Virus record (IMG/VR): IMGVR_UViG_3300035668_000001
Length of the DNA: 64,000 nt
Direction: 5' to 3' (one strand)
Origin: an uncultured virus (IMG/VR IMGVR_UViG_3300035668_000001)
Lineage: Duplodnaviria; Heunggongvirae; Uroviricota; Caudoviricetes
In this document: positions 56,871-64,000 of the stretch, in pieces
Position numbering within the stretch: the first letter of the stretch is position 1
Layout of the letters: each line of letters begins with the position of its first letter
Made by a program: the position numbers and the translations under genes
The notes under the pieces: generated by a model
The model's input: the letters and a program-made list of their open reading frames with translations, nothing else
Databases searched by the model: none
Told to the model about the DNA's origin: nothing

Positions 56871-57299
56871 TCAGTGTCGCGGGCCAGGGATTCGGCAGGA
56901 TGCACGCGAGGTCCGGGCCCGGCGCTCCTTGCAGATCCGGCACTCGCGGCGCCCGTCCGGGTGCACGTAGGCGTCGGTGAGGGGATGCCCGGCGGGGCAC
57001 GCGGTCGCCGCCGCGTTCACCGCGGCCGCCGACCCGTTGTTCGTCGCGACTTGCCGCGCAGTCCGGGTTCGCATGTGCCGCCAGTTGCAGCACGCCACGA
57101 CGGTGCACGTCAGGCCGATCCGCAACGGCCCGGGGTCTTCGTGGTGCATGCGGTAGGCGTACCGACGCGCGGTCGTCTTGCGCCCCCGGACGACGAACAC
57201 GCCGACACCGTCCGGATTGGTCGGGCCGGTCCACGGCCAGCATCCGGTCGGCCCCGCGGAGCGGTCCACCTGGGACCAGAAGCGGTCGTACGTGGACAC
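56871..57299 (-). CDS. HNH-endonuclease-like protein with degenerate active site
   Basis: RFWSQVD...CWPWTG...ARRYAY...CCNWRHM...CPAGH...RECRIC; the AHR and DH histidines are absent. Confidence 0.75.
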   Translation of the reverse strand: MSTYDRFWSQVDRSAGPTGCWPWTGPTNPDGVGVFVVRGRKTTARRYAYRMHHEDPGPLRIGLTCTVVACCNWRHMRTRTARQVATNNGSAAAVNAAATACPAGHPLTDAYVHPDGRRECRICKERRARTSRASCRIPGPRH

Positions 57300-57487
57300 C
57301 CCCGGGTCTCCCTTCAAGACGACCTGAACGTGGCCGGTCGTGGTTCAGGTGAACGTCCGGGGACGTGAACCACGCAGGTGACCGGACATGACCCCACGTC
57401 ACGGACGCTAGCTGTGCGTATCGCCCAACGTCGCCCACGACAGCCCCCGCAGCAGGCGGGGACGGCTCTCCCGTGAGGAGCGACGTC

Positions 57488-58060
57488 GTGTCCCAACACG
57501 CAGACCGCATCTACGTCCCCGGCAAGGCGTACGTCTACCTCGGCCCCGTCGGCTCCACCGCCCCCGTCGACGCCGCGCTCGCCCCGGTCGCGCCGATGGT
57601 CGAGGTCGGCTACTTCTCCCAGGACAGCCTCAAGTTCGCGACCTCGCCGAAGATCGACGTGACGATGTCGCACCAGGCGCCGTACCCCACCAGGCGAACC
57701 GAGTCGACGTCGGAGGCCACCGTCGAGGTCGCGCTCCAGGAGTGGAGCTCGGCGTCGTTCATCACCGTCTACGGCGGCGGCAGTGTCGTCGCGATCACCC
57801 CGGCGTCGACCCCGCCGACGTACATGTTCACCCCGCCCGACATCGGCGGCCGCCAGGAAGTCATGGGGATCGTCCGCATCATCGACGGACTCCGGGCCTA
57901 CCAGCTCATCATCCCCCGCTGCATGCAGATCTCCGGCGTCTCCCACGACCTCAAGAAGACCAACGAGTCGGCGCTGCCGATGCAGCTTTCCGTCCTCGGG
58001 TCGTCCATCGGAGCGCCTTTCTACTGGATTTCGAACGACGCCGCCATGGCACCCGCCTGA
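57488..58060 (+). CDS. major tail (tube) protein
   Basis: VYLGPVGSTAP...VGYFSQDSL...LQEWS...IIPRC; precedes chaperone and tape measure. Confidence 0.85.
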   Translation: MSQHADRIYVPGKAYVYLGPVGSTAPVDAALAPVAPMVEVGYFSQDSLKFATSPKIDVTMSHQAPYPTRRTESTSEATVEVALQEWSSASFITVYGGGSVVAITPASTPPTYMFTPPDIGGRQEVMGIVRIIDGLRAYQLIIPRCMQISGVSHDLKKTNESALPMQLSVLGSSIGAPFYWISNDAAMAPA

Positions 58061-58148
58061 TCCGTCCACGTCGAACGGTCCTCGGGCGGGCGTGTCCGGT
58101 CCCGCCCGGGGCCCGCCGAACCCTCCTCCCCCGGGAAGGCACTCCCCC

Positions 58149-58694
58149 GTGATCGACCTCAACGAAGCCAGGGCCAAGCGGCTCGCTGCCGCCCGCGAAG
58201 GACGCGGTGAAGGCGTCCCCGTCGCTTTCGGCGCAGGCAAGTGGATGCTGCCCGCCGAAGTCCCCGCCGACGTCCTGCAACGCCTCCTCGACCCCGACGT
58301 CGAAGTCGCGCAGCTCCTCGTCGTGGCACTACGCGCCTACCGGGCCGGGACCGACCGGGCCGCCGACACGATCATCGAAGTCCTCACCGATCAGCCGAAC
58401 CTCCCCCACGGCTTCGTCCGCGCCGTCCTCGACGCCATCGAGTCCCTGTTCGGCCCGGAGCAGTGGGCCGCGTTCCGGGCCGAGAAGCCGTCCCTGCAAG
58501 ACCTGTGGGCGCTCGTCAGCGGTTTGTTCCGCGAGTACGGGGTGGGCCTGGGGGAAGCGTTGCGGTCACGCGCGCCCTCACCGAACGGTGGGACGACATC
58601 GAGTCCGACCTCCCTCGTTTCTATCCCGGACTCGACGCCCGCGACATCTGGGCCCGACGAGGCGACCCCCGACACATCGGCCTCCGTCGCCTGA
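58149..58694 (+). CDS. tail assembly chaperone (G)
   Basis: IDLNEARAKR; lies between tail tube and tape measure; contains a slippery site. Confidence 0.85.
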   Translation: MIDLNEARAKRLAAAREGRGEGVPVAFGAGKWMLPAEVPADVLQRLLDPDVEVAQLLVVALRAYRAGTDRAADTIIEVLTDQPNLPHGFVRAVLDAIESLFGPEQWAAFRAEKPSLQDLWALVSGLFREYGVGLGEALRSRAPSPNGGTTSSPTSLVSIPDSTPATSGPDEATPDTSASVA

Positions 58695-58975
58695 CCGCGC
58701 TCCTCCACGGGCTCCCCGATGACGCGCTGCTCTCGCGCCCCGAGGGCCAAACCGAGGTGTGGACCCGGCTTCACGAACTCCTCGCGACGGTGGTGGAGGT
58801 GACGAGCGTGCCAGCGGCAGAGCACAAGTTGCACGAGCCGGTCGAGATCCCCCGGCCTCAGCGCGCGCACACCGCCGAAACGGAGTACGCGGCCGGCGCG
58901 ATCACCGTCGACCAGGCGATGGCGAAGTTTGCGTCCACCGGCCACGTACAGCCGTCCGGCCCGGCCGGGGAGTGA
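58550..58975 (+). CDS. -1 frameshift extension (T part of G-T chaperone)
   Basis: G GGG GAA at 58550-58556; -1 frame open to 58975 (WDDIESDLPRFY...LLHGLPDDA). Confidence 0.8.
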   Translation, partial: GGSVAVTRALTERWDDIESDLPRFYPGLDARDIWARRGDPRHIGLRRLTALLHGLPDDALLSRPEGQTEVWTRLHELLATVVEVTSVPAAEHKLHEPVEIPRPQRAHTAETEYAAGAITVDQAMAKFASTGHVQPSGPAGE

Positions 58976-58979
58976 CCGG

Positions 58980-61900
58980 GTGACGGCCGCCGGCGGCGGG
59001 TACGTCGACTCGGGAAAGCTCAAGATCGACGTCGTCGCCGACCTCCGCGGGTTCGGCAAGGAGCTCAAGAAGAAGGTCGAGGCGGAGTGCCGCGGCGTCG
59101 AGGGCCAGGTCAAGGTCAAGGCCGAGCTCGACGCCGACGGGATGCGCGCCAAGCTCCGCGCCGTCGTCGCCGAGCTGTCCACGGAGACAGTCACCCTCGG
59201 TGTCACAGCCGACACGAGCAAGGCGTTGGCCGATCTCGCCACCGTGGCCCGGGACCGCAAGGCGACGATCAAGGCCGAGGTCGACAGGTCGAAGGTCGAC
59301 GAGGTCAAGGACGTGCTCGACCGCCTCGGCGACTCGGCGTCGAAGGCAGGCGGCGCCCTCGTGGGCATGATGATGCCCCAGCTCTGGTCCGGGCTCGCGA
59401 TCGCCGCCGTCCCCGTCATAGAGGCACTTGCCGCGGGACTACTGGCCGTCGTCGCCTCCGCATCCCAAGCGGTCGGCGTCATCGGACTCCTCCCCGCCGC
59501 GCTCGGCGCCGCCGGGCTCGCCGCGTTCACCCTCAAGTTGGGGTTCACCGGTGTCGGCGCGGCGATGAAGGCCATCGCCGACGGTGACGCGAAAAAGCTG
59601 GCGGAGGCGATGAAGGAACTCGCCCCGGCCGGGCGGGACTTCGTCAAGCAGATCCACTCGCTCGAACCCGCATTCGACAAGCTCAAGAGGTCGGTACAGC
59701 AGGCGCTGCTCGACGGCGTCGGCGGTGCGATCAGGAGACTCGCCAACGAGTACCTGCCCGCCCTCAAGTCGTCGATGACGACCGCGGCGGCGGGGATGAA
59801 CACCGCGTTCCGGTCGGCGGTCGCGTTCCTTCGCGACCCGGGCATCTTCGGGGAGTTCCGCCGGGCACTGAACACCTCCGGGCAGTCGGTGGGCGTCCTC
59901 GCCGGTGCGATGCGGCCCCTCGTGTCGATCTTCCACAGCCTGTTCGTCGTCGGCGCGCCGTTCATCCTCCGCACGTCGACCTACATCCGGGACTTGACCG
60001 AGCGGTTCGCCGGGTTCCTCACGACCGCGAAGCAGACCGGGGGCCTCGCGTCGTTCTTCGACAAGGCCGTCGCGTCCCTGACGCAGCTCGGCCGGATCGT
60101 CGGCAACGTCGCCGTCGGCCTGTTCGGGCTGCTCCGCGGCGGCGTGTCCACCGGCAACGGGCTACTGACCACGTTCGAGAAGATCACGAAGACGTTCGCG
60201 GTGTGGGCCAACTCAGTCGGCGGCCAGGCCGCGATCCGCAAGTGGTTCGAGGACATGCGGGTCGTCGGCCAATCCCTCGGGCAGGCCCTGACCGTTCTCC
60301 TCGGGATCATCAAGAGGGTCCACGAGGCGTTCACGTCGATGCCCGTCGGCGTCCAGCAGGCGATCCTCGTCACCGGCATCCTCGTCGCCGCCCTGGCCCC
60401 CCTCACCGGGGCGATCGGATTGGTGGCCAAGGCGGTCGGGTTCCTCGCGCCCGCGATCGCCGGGCTCGTCTCCACGTTCGGCACCGCCCTCACCGGCGCC
60501 CTCACCGCCGGGGCCGGCGGGTTCGCGGCAGTCGGGACCGGGATTTCCGCGGTACTCGGACCGGTCGGCCTCGTCGTCGCCGGGGTCCTCGGCGTCGTCG
60601 CAGTCTTCGCCGCACTCCTCGCGTCTTCACAGAACCTCCGCGACGCGGTCAAGTCCAGCTTCACCGTCGTCAAGGCCGTCATCACCGACGCGATCAACAC
60701 AGTCAAGCCGATCTTCACCGGCATGGTCGGCATCTGGGACAACGCCGTGATGCCCGCGCTCCAGAAGATCGGCGACGTCATCGCCGACCAAGTCGGGCCC
60801 GCCTTCAAGTCGATCAAGACGGTTTACGAGCAGAACGTCAAGCCTGCCCTCGACAGCCTCGTCAAGGCGTTCGAGAACAACCGGCCCGCGATCGAGTCGT
60901 TCGTCCGCGGCATCGGCAACGTCATCGCGTTCATCCTGCGGCTCGTCCCGATCGGCACGGTCCTGTCGGTCGCGTTCCGGCTGATCGGCGTCGTGATCGG
61001 CGTGGCCATCCAGATCATCTCGCGGCTCATCTCCGTGGTCGGCGCGGTGATCCGCCTCTTCGCGAGCATCCCCGGCGCACTCGCCGCGGCCGGCCGGTTC
61101 TTCTCACGCCTCTGGTCCGACATCGCGTCCGGGGCGCAGTCGATGGTGTCCGCGGTGGGCGGGTTCTTCTCACGCCTCGGGTCGACGTTGGCGTCGATCG
61201 CGTCGGCCATCGGGTCGGGGATCACCGGCTTCTTCGGCCGCATGTGGGCGACCGTCAAGATGATCTTCTCCGGGTCCATATCGGACATCGTCGCCCGGTT
61301 CGTGCGGGCACCGTTCCTGATGATCGCCGGGATCATCAACCTCCTCGCGATGCTCGTCACCTTCCTCACCAACGTGTTCGTCGCGGCGGCGGGGGCGGTC
61401 GCCGCCGGGTGGAACGCGGTCATCCGGTTCTTCGTCACCTTCCCGCCCCGCGCCATGGCCGCGATCGGCTCCCTGGCCGGGGCCATCGGTGCGTTCTTCG
61501 CCCGCCTGTGGGCGACGGTGCAGCGTCTCACCGTCGCCGGGGTCGCCGGGGCGATCGCCTTCTTCGCCCAACTGCCGGGGCGGGCCATGGCCGCGGTCCG
61601 GTCACTGCTGTCGTCGATCGGATCGTTCTTCACCAGCGTCTGGCGTGGGGCACGCAGCGCGGTCGTCACCGGCGCCACGTCGGTCGTCACCTACGTCGCC
61701 GGGATACCGGGCCGCATTGTCGGTGCCTTGGCCGGTCTCGCCGGGCGACTGCTGCAAATGGGCCGCGACATCATCCATGGCCTCGCGAACGGCATCCGGC
61801 AAGGCTTCTCCGCGGTGTCGAGCGCGATCAGTGGCCTCATCGACGCGATCCCCGGGCCGATCGCCAGGGCGCTGGGCCTGCGGTCCCCGTCGCGGCTCAT

Positions 61901-63077
61901 GCACCAGTTCGGTGTGTGGATCACCGCAGGGCTCGCGGCGGGCATCAACTCGACAGTCGCCGTCGTCGAGCGGGCGGCGTTGAACATGGTCCGGGTCTAC
62001 CGCAACGCGGTGAACACCCACATCCGGCACGCCTCCGCGTCCCTCCTCGCGACCCTGACCCGGGAGAACGCGGCACTCGACCGGCTCGGGGACAAGCGGG
62101 CAGCGATCCTCAAGAAGCTGGCTGCCGCAGAAAAGGCGTACGCGGCGCAGTTGAAAGCCAGTGTCGACTACGCGAAGCAGGTCGCCGACTCGGCCCGGCA
62201 GTCCGCGTCCATCGTCGGGATCTTGGGTGCCGCCGCCGGTGCCGCCGGCCAGGCGGCGACCGCCGGCGCCTCCGGGGTGACGTCGGTGACCGCGTCCCTC
62301 GCGGCGCAAGCGCGAGGTTACGTGACGTCCGTCGCCCGGTCGGTCACCGCCGCCCCCGGACCCGCGCCCTCCGGCGCCTCGATCATCGTCGCCGGGCTCA
62401 AGGACCGGCTGGCGAAGCTCAAGGCGTTCGCCGCCGACATCGCCACCCTCAAGAAGAAGGGCCTCAACGCCACCGCGCTCGGGGAGATCATCCAGGCCGG
62501 TGTCGAGCAAGGCGCGGAGGTGGCCCGGGCCCTCGTGCTGGGCGGCGTGTCGGCGATCGCCAGCACGAACACGTTGCAGGCGCAGATCAACAAGGCCGCC
62601 GACGCGTTGGGGGCGACCGCGGCGAGCTCCATGTACAAGTCGGGGCTGAACGCGGCGAAGGGCCTCATCGCCGGGCTCAAGTCGCAAGAGAAGGCGCTGG
62701 CGGCGCAGATGGCCCGCATCGCGCACCTCATGGCGGACCAGATCCGCCGCAACCTCGGTATCAAGTCGCCGTCGACCGTGCTGGAAACCGTGGGGCACTG
62801 GACGGCGCGCGGGTTGGAGAAGGGACTGCTGTCCCGCATCCCGGTCATCGCCGCCCTCGCCCGGCGGATGGCGGCCGCCGCGTCCGGTGCCACCGGCCGG
62901 CTCACCGTCGGGTCACTGTCGTCGATAGGCAACGGCCCGCTGCGGCCGTACCCGGGTGATGGCCGCGGCGGCGGCGGGGGGGCCGTGTCGATCAGCGTCG
63001 TCGCGTCTCCCGGTATGGACCTCGACGCCCTCGCGGCGGCGATCGCGCACAAGCTCGAGTGGAGCCGCGCATCATGA
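58980..63077 (+). CDS. tape measure protein
   Basis: About 1365 aa, Ala/Gly-rich amphipathic repeats, two GxxSPS motifs. Confidence 0.93.
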   Translation: MTAAGGGYVDSGKLKIDVVADLRGFGKELKKKVEAECRGVEGQVKVKAELDADGMRAKLRAVVAELSTETVTLGVTADTSKALADLATVARDRKATIKAEVDRSKVDEVKDVLDRLGDSASKAGGALVGMMMPQLWSGLAIAAVPVIEALAAGLLAVVASASQAVGVIGLLPAALGAAGLAAFTLKLGFTGVGAAMKAIADGDAKKLAEAMKELAPAGRDFVKQIHSLEPAFDKLKRSVQQALLDGVGGAIRRLANEYLPALKSSMTTAAAGMNTAFRSAVAFLRDPGIFGEFRRALNTSGQSVGVLAGAMRPLVSIFHSLFVVGAPFILRTSTYIRDLTERFAGFLTTAKQTGGLASFFDKAVASLTQLGRIVGNVAVGLFGLLRGGVSTGNGLLTTFEKITKTFAVWANSVGGQAAIRKWFEDMRVVGQSLGQALTVLLGIIKRVHEAFTSMPVGVQQAILVTGILVAALAPLTGAIGLVAKAVGFLAPAIAGLVSTFGTALTGALTAGAGGFAAVGTGISAVLGPVGLVVAGVLGVVAVFAALLASSQNLRDAVKSSFTVVKAVITDAINTVKPIFTGMVGIWDNAVMPALQKIGDVIADQVGPAFKSIKTVYEQNVKPALDSLVKAFENNRPAIESFVRGIGNVIAFILRLVPIGTVLSVAFRLIGVVIGVAIQIISRLISVVGAVIRLFASIPGALAAAGRFFSRLWSDIASGAQSMVSAVGGFFSRLGSTLASIASAIGSGITGFFGRMWATVKMIFSGSISDIVARFVRAPFLMIAGIINLLAMLVTFLTNVFVAAAGAVAAGWNAVIRFFVTFPPRAMAAIGSLAGAIGAFFARLWATVQRLTVAGVAGAIAFFAQLPGRAMAAVRSLLSSIGSFFTSVWRGARSAVVTGATSVVTYVAGIPGRIVGALAGLAGRLLQMGRDIIHGLANGIRQGFSAVSSAISGLIDAIPGPIARALGLRSPSRLMHQFGVWITAGLAAGINSTVAVVERAALNMVRVYRNAVNTHIRHASASLLATLTRENAALDRLGDKRAAILKKLAAAEKAYAAQLKASVDYAKQVADSARQSASIVGILGAAAGAAGQAATAGASGVTSVTASLAAQARGYVTSVARSVTAAPGPAPSGASIIVAGLKDRLAKLKAFAADIATLKKKGLNATALGEIIQAGVEQGAEVARALVLGGVSAIASTNTLQAQINKAADALGATAASSMYKSGLNAAKGLIAGLKSQEKALAAQMARIAHLMADQIRRNLGIKSPSTVLETVGHWTARGLEKGLLSRIPVIAALARRMAAAASGATGRLTVGSLSSIGNGPLRPYPGDGRGGGGGAVSISVVASPGMDLDALAAAIAHKLEWSRAS

Positions 63078-63937
63078 CCGCGACCTGGGCTCCACTCAAC
63101 GAGACGCCGACGTACACGGTCGGCGACTGGTACGGCAACGCCACCGACGTGTACGACTGCGACTGGATCGTCGAGACGATCAAGGGATGGTCGGAACCTC
63201 CGACCGTCACCGGCACCACGGTGTCGCGGGAATTCGACGACGGTGAAGACGCCGGGGACGTGTACTACGGCGCCCGGTTCATCATGTTGTCCGGCACCAC
63301 CATCGCCCGGTCCCGGGCGGCGATGGTGGCCGCGAAGGACCGGTTCGCGGCCGTGGCGAGTGGACGGTCCGGGGCGACGCTGATCGTCGCCGAGGCGCAC
63401 CTGACCCGCATGTGTGTCGTCCACCGAGACGGCGGTTCGTCGTGCGAGGACATGGGTCCCGCCAAGTTTCGGTGGGAGTTCACGCTGCGCGCCTCCGACC
63501 CGCGCCGGTACGACGTCACCACGTCCTCCGCCGGGGTCGCGGCCGCGGTTGGCACCGGCGGCCTCCCGATCCCCTTGACATTCCCCCTCGACTTCGGGGC
63601 GTCCTCCCCCGCGAACCGGGTGACGCTCACCAACACCGGGACTTGGCGGACGCCGCTGCGGGCCGTGTTCTCAGGGCCGTACATCTCCCCGGGACTCACC
63701 TCCGAGGCGGCGGGCCGGTCACTCGACTTCGACCTGACCCTCGCCTCCGGTGACCAGCTCACCGTCGACACCGGCACCCGCGAGGTGCTGTTGCAGGGCA
63801 CCTCGTCGCGGCTCTACACGATCCGGCCCGGATCCCAGTGGTTCCAGCTCGTGCCCGGCCCGAACGACCTCCGGGTCAACGGCGACGGCAGCAGCGGCGG
63901 CCGCGTCGACCTGACCTACCAGTCCGCGTGGATCTGA
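63074..63937 (+). CDS. distal tail protein (Dit)
   Basis: Follows tape measure; FTLRASDPRRY, TNTG, WFQLVPGPN, YQSAW. Confidence 0.85.
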   Translation: MTATWAPLNETPTYTVGDWYGNATDVYDCDWIVETIKGWSEPPTVTGTTVSREFDDGEDAGDVYYGARFIMLSGTTIARSRAAMVAAKDRFAAVASGRSGATLIVAEAHLTRMCVVHRDGGSSCEDMGPAKFRWEFTLRASDPRRYDVTTSSAGVAAAVGTGGLPIPLTFPLDFGASSPANRVTLTNTGTWRTPLRAVFSGPYISPGLTSEAAGRSLDFDLTLASGDQLTVDTGTREVLLQGTSSRLYTIRPGSQWFQLVPGPNDLRVNGDGSSGGRVDLTYQSAWI

Positions 63938-63947
63938 GGAGAAGCTC

Positions 63948-64000
63948 ATGGGACGCCTGATGTACGCCGACAGCACGCTCTACACCACGGCCGACGACAT
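63948..64000 (+). CDS. start of next tail gene (truncated by window edge)
   Basis: GAGGAG RBS then ATG. Confidence 0.5.
   Translation, partial: MGRLMYADSTLYTTADD

Noticed and set aside
1..64000. tRNA/rRNA genes, terminase small subunit, lysis genes, DGR reverse transcriptase
   Set aside because: None recognisable by eye in this window. They may lie outside it or be too divergent to see.

Overview
Very GC-rich actinobacterial siphovirus-type phage or prophage DNA. About 1-19 kb is an accessory/early region of many small, translationally coupled ORFs. It includes a HerA/FtsK-like ATPase, a papain-like protease, an ASCH protein, four tandem Zn-ribbon paralogues and a Cre-like tyrosine recombinase with a lox/dif-like site. 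About 19.5-64 kb is a morphogenesis cluster: terminase, portal-MuF fusion, zeta-toxin-domain protein, 2H-phosphoesterase protein, sigma factor, prohead protease, HK97-type capsid, HNH endonucleases, head-tail genes, tail tube, G/GT frameshifted chaperone, tape measure and Dit. Reverse-strand cassettes sharing one promoter/leader motif interrupt this cluster. The main discovery is at 14.0-15.8 kb: a nuclease-less IS110-Tnp/Nop-domain (TasA-like) gene with 16 stem-loop units of the form stem-CCA-N9-CG-N4-CCA-N9-CG-stem. This is the dual 9-nt-spacer architecture of TIGR guide RNAs. Ten units sit in frame inside the protein's conserved domain, three are in its N-terminal part, and three are in a coupled upstream ORF. 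All calls come from reading motifs by eye; no database searches were run.
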